A stretch of 57,109 nt of DNA, filler included, from Dugesia japonica (GCA_001938525.1; 5 parts of 5 records of this genome joined end to end with filler, not necessarily neighbours in it); one strand, 5' to 3'; shown: positions 1 through 12,480, counted from the first letter of the whole stretch. Numbers and translations: made by a program. Notes: generated by a model not told the origin, from the letters alone.

Positions 1-82
1 TATAGACTAAATTAAAGTACTTTTAATTATATATTTGCATCATTTTATGGATATTATAGGAGTGGCCCAAAACATATGGACG

Positions 83-115
<33 letters not shown>

Positions 116-137
116 TATGAAAATTTATTGTGATCAA

Positions 138-860
138 TATTATTATAAAAGTTGATAAATTATGTAAGGATTTATTTTTATTTAAATTAAACGGTAATGA
201 TTTTCTTAAATTGTAATAATTTTGTAACGATTTTATTTTAAGTTAGCTTTTTTTTAAATTAATAATTTCTTTTAAGTTAATAAATTGATTTTCAGATGAT
301 AATTGTATACATTATAAATNNNNNNNNNNNNNNNNNNNNNNNNNNNNNNNNNNNNNNNNNNNNNNNNNNNNNNNNNNNNNNNNNNNNNNNNNNNNNNNNN
401 NNNNNNNNNNNNNNNNNNNNNNNNNNNNNNNNNNNNNNNNNNNNNNNNNNNNNNNNNNNNNNNNNNNNNNNNNNNNNNNNNNNNNNNNNNNNNNNNNNNN
501 NNNNNNNNNNNNNNNNNNNNNNNNNNNNNNNNNNNNNNNNNNNNNNNNNNNNNNATTATTATAAAAGTTGATAAATTATGTAAGGATTTATTTAAATTAA
601 ACGGTAATGATTTTCTTAAATTGTAATAATTTTGTAACGATTTTATTTTAAGTTGGCTTTTTTTTAAATTAATAATTTCTTTTAAGTTAATAAATTGATT
701 TTCAGATGATAATTGTATACATTATAAATTCTTAATTATATGAGTTATAAAGTTATTGGAGATATGGTAACTTATTACGATTTATGATCATTATTATGAA
801 CTTTGACAATAAGCTAGGATTTTTTTATTTAAATTAAATGGTAATGTTTTTTCTTAAAGG
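138..860. repeat. Tandem AT-rich repeat, ~235-bp unit, interrupted by a gap
   Basis: ATTATTATAAAAGTTGATAAATTATGTAAGGATTT... occurs at 138 and 556, with a diverged copy at ~790. The first two copies flank an N-gap and may be partly an assembly duplication. Confidence 0.7.
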
Positions 861-1422
861 ATTTAACTTAATAAATTTTTAGTAATGCTTTTCTTTAATG
901 ATAATAAGTAATGATTTCTGTAATGATTTAATTTAAAGATTTATTTAATAACAGTTGACTTTGAATTTTTTACCATTTTGCGGATCTGAGTCTAGCTAAA
1001 TATGGCGTTGACGACTAACTGTTTATATCTTATAAAGGTTATACAGTCGTAGCAATGTATATTTGAGACCGAATTTAAACGGTTAGAAGCATTGCTGCCA
1101 GAGATGCACATACTGTAATCGAGCTTAGTCTAGTTAAAACTACACAAGCNNNNNNNNNNNNNNNNNNNNNNNNNNNNNNNNNNNNNNNNNNNNNNNNNNN
1201 NNNNNNNNNNNNNNNNNNNNNNNNNNNNNNNNNNNNNNNNNNNNNNNNNNNNNNNNNNNNNNNNNNNNNNNNNNNNNNNNNNNNNNNNNNNNNNNNNNNN
1301 NNNNNNNNNNNNNNNNNNNNNNNNNNNNNNNNNNNNNNNNNNNNNNNNNNNNNNNNNNNNNNNNNNACTTAAATATAAATATTAAGAATGATTTTCCTTG
1401 GAATAGTAATCGATTCTTTAGG

Positions 1423-1648
1423 TGAGCAGCTAATATTAATAGAACTGTGAACATTTAATGTCGGGAGCATTAAATAGTTTGATCAGGGATCATCTAATGT
1501 AGGAGCATCTAATTGTATGAGTCAGGGAGCATCCACTAGTATGAGTCCTGGAACAACTTATAGTATGAGCCATTAAACATCCAATAGTATGAGCTCTGGA
1601 GCAACTAATGTTATGAGCCATTGAACAACCAATAGTATGAGCTCTGGA
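1423..1648 (+). pseudogene. 24-bp coding minisatellite, G-[AT]-[ST]-N-S-M-S-x octapeptide repeat, decayed
   Basis: Six clear 24-nt units at ~1502-1645 read GASNCMSQ, GASTSMSP, GTTYSMSH, *TSNSMSS, GATNVMSH, *TTNSMSS. Both stops fall on the GGA codon position. Degenerate units extend upstream. Confidence 0.6.
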
Positions 1649-1870
1649 AGTAGATAGTGGCGCATATCCCCTCTTGATTTTATCCCTAAAAAGGCCCCCT
1701 TCCAGCCTCAAAAAGGGGATAAAAATTTTAAAATTAAAAGTGTGGATAAATTTTAAAAATAAATTAAAAGTGGGGATAAATTAAATAAAATAAATTATTT
1801 AAATAATTAAATTAATTAATTAAATAAATTAAAAGTGTGGATAAATTTTTAAAAATAAATTAAAAGGGAT
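1649..1870 (+). mobile_element. Maverick/Polinton-type terminus with subterminal ~30-bp repeats
   Basis: Starts AGTAGATAGTGGCGCA, matching five other ends in the window; followed by repeated TAAAAGTG[TG]GGATAAATT. Confidence 0.55.
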
Positions 1871-2016
1871 GTTTAATTTTTCATGTGTGTTTATTTGGGA
1901 ATTTATTCGGTGAGGTGGAATGTGGTCAATTTTTGACTGGTTTAGGTAAAATTGGTCAAATTTTTCCTCAGTTTTGGTCAGTTTGAGTAATTTTTGGATG
2001 ATTTTGTCAACTTTCT

Positions 2017-2177
2017 TCCGGACATAATTAGCAGGAATGGTGCTAGAACTAATTGGTCTAAAATAAAAGTAATTCCAACATTTGACAAACTTAACTGAAT
2101 GAAGAAGTTGCTAAGTTTCTTAGGAATTCGTAATTACTACAAGAAGTTTATAGAAAAGTACACAAGAAAATCAAGGA
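2017..2177 (+). pseudogene. Ty3/Gypsy pol fragment (RT C-terminus/connection)
   Basis: GHIISRNG...KKLLSFLGIRNYYKKFIEKY matches the LRSFLGxxNYYRRFI motif. Confidence 0.8.
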
Positions 2178-2351
2178 TAAAGAAATGTTGGGTATTTCTA
2201 CACAACAAAGTGATTTTATGGTTCGTTGATTTTAAACTATTGAATGATACCATGTGTATTAGTTTACGGATGTTGATTTTTCCCTTGATGTGTCGATACA
2301 ATATTATATAGTAGATATTTTAATCAAAAACGTATAAATATGGTAATATAG

Positions 2352-2560
2352 TGTAGTCGTTTTCTTATATAAATAAACAAACAGTAACCTTTTAATATTT
2401 ATTTAAGGTATATACAGATATAATTTTTACAGTTATAATTCCTATGCGCAGTAATTTAATTTATCAGAGGACTGCTGCCCAAGGAGGTTAGAGTCTCTGT
2501 AAATAAATGACTGAAAATCTATTCAATTCAATCAGTATTTATACTGAATTGAACACTACA
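2352..2560 (+). mobile_element. Possible solo LTR
   Basis: 209 nt bounded by TGTAGT...ACTACA, with internal AATAAA. A similar 3' end (ACTGAATTGCACTACA) occurs near 28250. No TSD found. Confidence 0.4.
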
Positions 2561-3139
2561 TGCATGCATACAACCTCAATATTTTGCATGCAAACATCAA
2601 CATTTATTTATAAAAAATCAATCATTTTCTCTAAAAACAAAATTTTCTGTCTGATTTAAATGTCACAAGNGAAAGTTTAAAAGTCAAATATATACAGACA
2701 TGATTNGTTTTTTTCCAAAATGAAATAAGGTCAAATATATGTACAGAAATTTTTATGACCTTAAAATAAAAATAAAAACTAATTAATTGTACATAATAAT
2801 GAATAATTATTAAAAATAAAATAATAATGAATTCACAAATTACATCCATAAAAATAACAAATACTGCTTATAAAATAAAATGGATTAATAAATTATATCA
2901 AGTTTTTAATATCGATCATTTTTATAAATCATGAAGTCTTTTATAAACAATATCGATTTAAATATCTAATAGTTGAACTGCTTTTCGAATATTGAGTTGA
3001 ATTTGATAATTGAACTAATTGAGGATTGATTGTGTCTGCATTGAATGATAATAGATTGTTATTTTGAGGCTCTGATTGTTGAAGATTTATTACTATGTGA
3101 TGTTGTTATTTGCTATGTGATATTATTGTGTGTTATGCG

Positions 3140-3479
3140 AAAGATAAAGATAAGAAAGATTAAGAAGGAAGAGAAATAGTGGTTGCCTACCGACCACACT
3201 CAATCACGAGTCATGGTATACTGCATCACAGTAAAGAGCTATTGGCTGTTTATTATTTCTGCTTGCATTTCAAATCTTACTTTTACGATAGAAGATTTAC
3301 TCTTAAGACAGAGCTTTATGATCTAACTTTCATGTTGACAACGAAGAAACAAATTACGTCAAAATTCCAGATATGGATTAATTATTTGAGTAGTCTAGAC
3401 ATGGTATTCGAATATAGAAAAAGAATTCATCATAGTAATGCGGATATGTTATCTAGACCAAGATACGGAGTATGTGTAC
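3140..3479 (+). pseudogene. Ty3/Gypsy RNase H fragment
   Basis: KELLAVYYFCLHFKSY...FTLKT...HSNADMLSR; cut off at an AGTAG-type terminus. Confidence 0.85.
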
Positions 3480-3560
3480 AGTAAGTAGATAGTGGTGTAC
3501 TGAGTCACCCCTTCCTCTGACGGGAAAAGTCTTTTGGCATGAGATTTTTGTCTTTTTTTT
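3480..3560 (+). mobile_element. Maverick/Polinton-type terminus
   Basis: AGTAAGTAGATAGTGGTGTA abruptly truncates the Gypsy RNase H frame. Confidence 0.5.
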
Positions 3561-4328
3561 AAAATTTGAATTTTAATGTTTAGTTTACATATACAAAAAT
3601 TAGTATCGTTGGACGACTAATTTGATGGCAGATCCATATATGCATTTAAACATTTGGTTAGATGGAACCGTAACAAAAACAATAAACAACAAAACGGTTC
3701 TACAGCGCCCATTTTTAATTTTATCGGCATTGTTCATACTTATGTATAGCGCATTAATGAAGACTTGAACGGATTTACATTTTTTTGATGCATCGCCAAT
3801 TCATATCAACGTGACGCAGGAATTTTACTAGAGAGTCAAAACCTGCCACCGATTGAGCGTGAGTATCAAAAGTGGGCAGATAAAGTGGAGCGTTGGCTGG
3901 TCCATCAACTCCTTCTCTCCGAGTTCATCCAGTGAGAATATTTTCAAAAATTACAAATCGTGTGGCATTATTAATATAACTAGTTTTGTGTTTGTCCTCT
4001 TCTTAATTGTATAAGGACATATGTACCATGCAATTTGATAAATTGTTTTTTATGTTAACTGTTTTAGTGAACTCTTCACAATCAAGGTCTGTCGCCCCAA
4101 ATAAGAAATTAAAGGCCGATAGCGAAAAAACTGGAATGACGCTGGACCTTTATCGTTTGTCAAAACAAAATTGGGAGACTTATGTGGCAGCCAAAAAGGC
4201 CAATAACAAAATGTAAAAGTGACTATGTTAGTACTATCGAATTGAAGCTGAGGTATCCCATTCTCAGGAATGAGACTGGGAAGCTCAACTTCAGTCGTTT
4301 GCAGATAACATTCGCTCTCTACATGACC

Positions 4329-6133
4329 GAGAAAACAAGCTTAGAGCAGCACTATAGAATTTTGGACCTAGTTTTTAAAAGAATTCAAGAATCAGGATTG
4401 AGAAGTAATCCAGAAAAATTTCATTTATTGCTTGCAGAAGTCAAATGACATGTCAAAGATAAGAATGGAGTCCGAACAAAAATTGAAGCGATAAAGAATT
4501 TTGGATGACCTAAATGTGTGAAGAACTTGAGAAGCTTTTTGGGATATGCAATTACTATAGACGATTTATTAATAATTATTCAAAAAAAGCTAGAAGCTTG
4601 GAGGATCTATGTTAAAGTAACAATAAAAAACTTGTGTGGTATGAAAATTGTGATAAAGCTTTTAATGAGATGAAAGAGGCATATTGAGCTTTCCAAATAT
4701 TAAAAAGAGGTTTTTAATAGATACAGATGCGAGTTTTGATGCAATTGGAGCAGTTTTATCGCAAATAGATGAAAAAGGTTTAGAGCTAGCCATTGCATAT
4801 GGGTCACATGCAATATCAGCTCATGAAAAGGGATATTGTATAACAAGAAAGGAATTATTGGCAATTTACTATTTTTGTGACCATGACTTTTCTTAGTAGT
4901 CTATATATGGTATTGGAATTTATACAAGGTGATAAACACACTAATGCAGATATGCTGTCGAGAATGAATTGTGGTACGTGTGTACAATGCTTAACATATC
5001 ATGAGAATCCAAAGGAAGGAAAAATAAAGACAAAAACTATTAATGGTATATCAGGCTCAGATACATATAAAGGGCAAAGTAATGTAGAAGAAATTGAACA
5101 GATAAAGAATGATATGAAAAATNAAACATGTAAAAAGTTTCGATTAATAGAAGAAATAATAAAAACAAAAGACGGCAAAATATGTATCCCGCCAGAAAAG
5201 AAAATTCAAATGGTAAAAGAAATGCATAATTTATTGATGCACGTTGGTACGGAAAATGTCATAAATTATTTGAAAAATGAATATGATATGGAAGATTTGA
5301 GAAAAACTGTGTCAAAAGTAATTAAAGAATGTACAGCGTGTTAAGTGAACAAAGTAACAACAGTTACAACAAAAGAGGAGACTATAAAATTAAAGTCTAA
5401 TGAACCATTTGAAAGTATTTATATTGATATATGTGGGCCATTCCAACAAACCGTAGGAAGAAAAAGATATATACATTTGCCATAATAGATAAATTTAGCA
5501 GATACATTTGCTTAACAGCCCTAGTTAAACAAGATGAGAAATCAATAAAGAAAACGATTATGGATAAATGGAAACTGAGATTTGGTGCTCCAAAAGAGAT
5601 ACATGTAGATTGTGGGAAGACCTTCGAATCAAAAGCCTTCAAAGAGATGACAGATTCAATGGATATAACAATTAGCTTTTCCCGTCCATATCATCATTAT
5701 ACGAATGGAATAGTAGAGCGGCAGTTCAGAATGATCAGAGATTACATCAATGCAACATTAAAATATAAAAAGAATAAAAATTGAGCAGAGTTAATACTAG
5801 AAATTGAATGCACACTAAATGCAACAAGCCAGAAGACTTTGGGGATAAGTTCAGCAGAAGTGATATTCGGTAAGAAAATACATAAAGAAAGATGGTTCCA
5901 TAATGGAGAAAAGAATGAAGAATCTGGAGAGTTGACACCAACAAAGAGATATTTTCAAGCTGGAGACGATGTGTTAATCAAGGTAGAAAACAGATCAAAA
6001 AACAAAGAAAGATATACAGGTCCATACGAGGTGATAAAACAGAATCGTAGAAGACGATACCTGCTGAAGAGTTCAGAAGGCAAGATTATTGAAAGAAATG
6101 TGGAATAGATTAAAAAATATTTTGAAGAAGGGG
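4329..6133 (+). mobile_element. Decayed Ty3/Gypsy pol (RT end, RNase H with internal deletion, integrase, GPY/F) and polypurine tract
   Basis: FLIDTDAS, KELLAIYYF, NADMLSR, HHCC (H..LMHVG...CTAC), YIDICGP, HVDCG, NGIVERQFR, YTGPY; PPT GAAGAAGGGG at 6124-6133 before a gap; many stops and frameshifts. Confidence 0.92.
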
Positions 6134-6189
6134 NNNNNNNNNNNNNNNNNNNNNNNNNNNNNNNNNNNNNNNNNNNNNNNNNNNTTTAT

Positions 6190-7170
6190 ATATAATTTTA
6201 AAATGTATTTTTAAAACATATGTAAAATAAAATATTCCATAAAATTAAATCGATATTTTTGATTTATTTTATGAAATTATTAGGTAAAATATTTTACAAA
6301 ATTTTTGTATGAAATTAAATATTCCATAAAATGGAATATTTTTAATTTATTTAAAGAAGTTATTAGGTAAAATATTTTATGAAATTTTTATGTAAAATTA
6401 GATATTTCATAAAATTTTAAAAAGTCGAAATTTTTAATTTATTTAATGAAATTAATTGGTAAAATATTTTATGAAATTTTTATTTAAAATGAGATATTTC
6501 ATTAAATTAAAAAGTCGACATTTTTAAAATATTTATAAATTATTATGTAAAGTAGAATATTTGTTATTTATTATTTTATTGAAAAATTTCTCAGATTATT
6601 TGTTTGAATACTATGAATTATTCTTGATATAATTTTTATTTTAATCAAATACACCTGTAATAATAAATACAATTTATGGAGAGTTGTGAAGTTTTGAATT
6701 TAACTAATAATATGAAAATATTTATTTGATTTTATTTATTTTTATTTAATTTAAATTATAAAATAGTTAATTAATCTTTGTTAAAATCATAAAAATATAA
6801 AGCAGTTAATTGATCGTTGTTATAATATGTCTTTGTTATTTTCATGAGTAATAACTTTGTAAATGCAACCATATACTACTTTGCAGTACTTGAAAATTAT
6901 TTTACCAAAAAATTATTTCTTGTCACAACTAAATATACTACGTTGTGGTATTTTAAAATATGCTAAGCTGCAGTATTTTGAAATTAACTAAATATACTGC
7001 ATTGTGGTATTTTTAAATTTTGATACACTTATAAAGGGGATAGAAAAACTATGATACACACACAATGGGGTTAGAAAAATTTAATGAGGATAGATAGGTT
7101 ATGATACACACTAACAAAGGGTATAGAACAATTTTGATACACACATTCATAGAGGATGGAAAAATTATTT
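6190..7170. repeat. Degenerate tandem repeat field (~88-bp units, then shorter units)
   Basis: Recurrent AATATTCCATAAAA...TATTAGGTAAAATATTTT (about four copies), AAATATACT..TTGTGGTATTT, and TGATACAC...GGATAGA. Confidence 0.6.
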
Positions 7171-7859
7171 TGACACTGAACATTGTAAAATTAGTTACTT
7201 TTTTAAACTTTTCACAATTTTCATAAAACTATTTTTAAAAGCAACAGTTTTTATAAGTAAATTTGTTATTTTCATTTTTTTATATCTTTTATATGTATAT
7301 TTTAGATTATAAACAATAATAATAAAAGCATATTGAGAACATTATTGAGCGAAGTAAAAGTACACTAACTATTTTCATTATTTTTATTAATTATTATGAA
7401 CAGTATGAACAATAATAAAAATTTGAATTTGGCAAGTTTTATTAATGGATAATATAAATTTATTGTTATTATTTAATAGCTACTAATATTATTTATTTTA
7501 GAATAATAATTCAACTCAAGGAGGAAGAAGAATCAAAAGAAAGAGTTTAATTAAAGTAAATTTATGATTATTTCTTAATACCTAATAAAATTAATTATTA
7601 TAGAATTATGCTGTCATGTTGTTGCTTAAGAAGCTATTTATGAGAAAAGTTAGTTTTCATTAATTTTATAGTATTTTCTAAATTTTATGTTAATTTTTAA
7701 ATGAACTTTTAATACTTTTTGGTAATTTTTATTAATTTATAAATGAATTTTTAATTTTAATTTAATGCTGAACCTTTAAATATGATTTATGTTAATTTTA
7801 AAACGTGTTATATATTTCAAGTTTTCTAGAATGTTGTACAATATACAAACAATATTATG

Positions 7860-8068
7860 CAAATTGGACTCATGCTAAATTACTTTGACCTTGAAAATTC
7901 AACCTGGAAAATTTAAACCAATCAGAATCTAGTATACTAGATCATTATCCTTGAAAATTCGATCTCGAATTATTTCAGCCAATCAGAATGAAGTATACTA
8001 GATCACTGACATTAGAAAATTTGACCTTGATGTGGGGGTCTAGTTCAGTTCACTACTATCTACCTACT
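7860..8068 (-). mobile_element. Maverick/Polinton-type terminus with ~61-bp subterminal repeats
   Basis: Reverse strand begins AGTAGGTAGATAGTAGTG. Repeats contain CCAATCAGAAT, AGTATACTAGATCA and CCTTGAAAATT. Confidence 0.6.
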
Positions 8069-8424
8069 TCTGTAAGCAATTGAATGGGTTCACTTAAAGT
8101 CATCAAGACAGAAGCCCATGCCATACCAGGAATACCAAAATATGTTTTGCTTACTATAATAATCTTATTAATAATAATTTGATTTTTTAAGTTTTATAAG
8201 ATGAATATTTTAATAATAATCTATGCTTTTTATCAAAATAATTTTTGATTTGTTGATTATAATATTAAATAACTTTTATAATATTTTAAATAATTAATAC
8301 CACTTTCACTACTAAGTATTATTATAGAAGCCATTCATATGTTTTTCTTGCTATAATAATCATAATAATAATAATAATAATTTCACGATATTGATTCTAA
8401 AATATTATTTTAGAATCTTGTAAT

Positions 8425-10300
8425 TTGCATGAAGACTACTGTGACAGCTCCATTCACAAAAATGATTGCCAAGCTATAATAGAAGAATATTATAAAATCA
8501 AATATTACTGGATAAATTACCACGTTTGTCCTTCGTATGATACATTAGGATTAGGTACATATTTAAATTTTTGTAAGTTGCACGCACAACATATCACACA
8601 ATACACAACAAATAAAAAAGAATTGTTGTTGGAAATATAAGGTCCTCCATCAAAGAAAACAAAGCAAGACATTATTGTTATAGAGAACAGTGAAGAAGTA
8701 AAAAATGAAGAAAATGATGATGAAAAAAAGACTATATTAAAGCAGACTGAAAATAATGGAGAAATTATCGCGGGGTGCAAAATGGAACTTGAAAATAATA
8801 ATAAAATAGTGAAAAAAATCATTTTGAGTTGGATGATCTTTTGACGAACCAGTGATATAAACTTATTTATATCGTTGCCACTAAATTTTAAAACTGGATC
8901 TATCTCGATGGAACAATAGAGAAACAATTCTACCGGAGTTTTTGTTAGAAAAATTATTCAAAATAATAGATGAGTTGAAGCAAGTCAAAATTCAATGTGG
9001 AATAAATGTGGAATTTTTGAAGGAGGAAGAAGTAAAGACTAGTAGACTTTCAAACAGTTCCGTTCCTTTAACCAATAACTTTTTTGAAAAAAAATTAAAA
9101 TATTGAACGAAAAGATAGTAGTAAGAAGTGAGCTGGGTTCAAGCTGCATCTCAAGTAGGATTTTAGAAATCAATTTTAAAATTACTAAGATTTCAAATAT
9201 AAGCAGGCTTTCTGACAAAAGTTTTATTCCAACACCAAGAAACCTTGAAAAGAAACATACCATTGTTAATATCGAGAATAAGGATAACAAATGCTTTCTA
9301 TACAGTATTTTCCCAATTATCAAAAAGGATTAGGTTAATGAAAATCATAGTTATCGTGTGTCAATATATAGAAAATTGATGTCTAAACTAATATTTGATG
9401 AAAATAATTTACCGATGAAGCTGCGAGTATCCTAAAGTTTGAGAGACAAAATTCCGGACAAAATCAATATCTTATCCTAGAACTCTCATACAGTAGAAGA
9501 GGATGAAACACCCAAATTTAAATATCATCCACAGATCTGAAGTAGAAGATAGACAAAAAATAAATCTCTTGTTATTAGATGATGGTAACAAATATCACTA
9601 CACCGCAGTATTAAATTAATGACCAGGGACGTTAAAAAAATTGTGTCAGAATTCAATCAATCTGGTGCTCTAATTGTCTTAATGGATTCAGCAATAACAA
9701 TGCATACGAGAAAAATGAACCAATTTCTCACAAAATCAAAACTGGCACAACACTGTATAAAATTCCAACAGATCCTAATTTGGAATTTAGAGACTATTCA
9801 AAAACAATGACTCTTCCGTTTGTAATATATGCTGATTTTGAATCAGTATTACGAAAGGATCCTATTTATTATTAGAGACATTTACCCATTTCAGCAGTAT
9901 TGTTGTTTGTGAATAATTACTCGAATGAAGTTAAATATAGTCAGTTCATAGGAGATGACTATGCTTATGAGTTCTTGAAAGCAGTAGAAGAAATAAATAA
10001 GAAAATTGTATATCCCTATTTTATGAAAACAGCAAAAAGAAAATGAAAATATCACAAACTCAAAAAACTTTGTTTAATGCAGCTACTACATGTTATTTAT
10101 GTAAAATATCAATAGTGTAACCAGTTTGAGATCAAAATCATTTTACTGGAGAATTCAAAGGAGCAGCGTGCAACAAGTGTAATTTAAGTAGACAGGTCCG
10201 GTTTGAATTACCTGTAGTATTCCATAATTTAAAAGGATACGACCTGCATCATATTCTCAAGTATGGTCTCAACCCATTTCAAGATTGGAGTATTTCGTGT
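8425..10300 (+). pseudogene. Maverick/Polinton protein-primed DNA polymerase B, N-terminal half (copy 1)
   Basis: RSELGSS, VNIENKDNKCFLYSI, PFVIYADFES, HFTGEFKGAACNKCNL (endonuclease VII-like insert), PVVFHNLKGYD; colinear with 50130-53660; many disruptions. Confidence 0.9.
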
Positions 10301-11769
10301 AGAGACTAATGAAAACACCTATGGTCATTTATCACTAATTCATCCTATCACTTGATCGTTGACACTTTTCTACCAGTTCGTCTCATCATCATCATCATTT
10401 ACTTTCAATTTGTTTTTCTCATAATCATTTATTATCAGTTTTATCAATTCATTTTATAGGATCAATTTACTCTTAGTTTATTCTATCATAACCCAGGAAT
10501 CTTAGATGGGCTCATAACAAATTTATTTTGATTCATTTTAACATTTATATTAACATTTATTCGTTTGATTTTATTCATTTAAATATAACTATCCGGTTAT
10601 AATTACTCCGCGTTCATTATAAATAATAATATTTATTGAATAATAATAATTTTAATTATATTTATCGATAAAATTAATAATTTAACATTTTAATATATTT
10701 ATAAAATTATAATAATAATACAATTCTTCTACTAAAACCTGACTTATAATATAATATTTTATTATTTATAATAACGATGATGATTTATTTTGCTTTTCTT
10801 TTCCTATCATTTCTCTTTAAAATATCAAAATATTTTAATATGTTAGATGAGTTTGGAGAACTCATCTTGTCATTTATATTAAAACAAAATATACAAAGTT
10901 CCGTAACAAAATTTATTTTCAAGCAAAAGCTATAAACATAAATTTGCTTTTTTCAAACATATTTAAAAATTCATATATAAAAGCGAAAAATATTAAATAT
11001 CAGCAGTTATTAAATTTTTTAGTTTTAAAGCTTTATTACGAAATTTTAAAATACACTAAAAATACATATTTTATTTATTTACTTTTATATTTTATTCTAT
11101 TCGAAATATTTTTAATTTTAAAGTCTTTTTACCACATTTTAAAATACACTAAAAATACATATTTTATTTATTTAATTTTATATATTATCCTTCTGATACA
11201 AATTTTAAATAAAAATATGACTTTAATAAATTTTGCCTTAAAACAAAAAATTTAAATCTGTTTTAAAAAACTATCTTATAATAATTATTTGTTTTATTAT
11301 TTTTCTCTCATCAATATTACTTTTTTTTTTAAAAATGAATACTTTCAACACATCTATATAAATTAGAAATAATGATATATATTCCTTGCTTTATTTACAT
11401 TCGCCTTTTCGATTACTTAAATACTTTGATGTATTGTCTTATTCATTTTATTATTATCCTTTTATTTGTTTCTTTCTCTGCTTTTCATATGTTACCCGAG
11501 GCTGCTTCAGCCTAACACTTTTTTAAATTTTTATTTTAAAAAAAATAAAAAATTCCGAATAAATAAAAACAAAATTTAAAATTAAATGAAAATTCCACCG
11601 TTTCATTAAAACAAAAAAAAAGTTTTTGATCTGATGAAAAATCTTTAAATTTAAAATTCACTATAACCAGTAGATCAATTTGTANGCTGTTATGTATATT
11701 CACTTAGAGAGAAGGGGTCTGACCCATTGCGCTTACATCAGCTTACTATCGTACTCCCTTTTTAATTTG

Positions 11770-12480
11770 TCTTCCAAATTTATTTTCAATATTACAAATG
11801 TAATTCTCGATTTTTTAAACCGTTTTGCTGTTCACTTTTCATACAAGCTGGTATCCAAAAGTCTTCTGTAAAGACTTTTGCATATACTCCAGTCAGATCT
11901 GGTGTCACTCTTTCTGCAACTTAAAAAATAACCTTGCAAACGTTACTCCAGTTCTTACTTTTGCAACAATTTCAAGTACAGAAACGTTAGCATACTTCAA
12001 TATGTCATCGCTCATTTCTAAACGTAGTTCGAGTAATTTCTTTAAGCGACTCAAACTCATAACATTAATTTGAACCCCTGTGTCTAAAAGACATTCAACT
12101 TAATTTCCCTGAATTGATACTGTAATACACTTCTAATTTATGGTACAAAATATTTGTTCTCTTTTCTACTTTAATTGTTATAAAAGCTATTCTATTCTTT
12201 TATCATCCCAAAAATTTTCCCTTTTTAAGAACTTGTATACTTTTCTGTAAATTTCCTGATATCATCCCAAAATACAATTCACAGCGTTTCATGAATTTTT
12301 CAATATCATCTCATCTGCATAACACATTTGGTAATAACCTATCTGTAATTGAATCGGTATTTACCGCTGCCACCAAGTTAGGTACATCTTCTAAAGATAA
12401 TTGATTTTGCAAATCACAACAATTAATTTCACACATATTTTTATTTTCAAATTAAAACTATAATGTTTGTAACAAAACTT
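11770..12480 (-). mobile_element. Internally deleted Ty3/Gypsy element (family A): LTR end, PBS, gag start, protease
   Basis: PBS TGGTGGCAGCGGT (12375-12363) is complementary to the 3' end of tRNA-Leu. Homologous to 38050-38197, then jumps to 39181 onward. LDTG protease motif. Confidence 0.85.

Noticed and set aside
296-1454. ORFs containing long X runs (also near 18192, 45166 and 49374)
   Set aside because: They stay open only because they cross N-gaps.
1490-1711. Minus-strand ORF with HTIxC repeats
   Set aside because: It is the antisense shadow of the 24-bp repeat and begins inside the inserted terminus, so it is chimeric.
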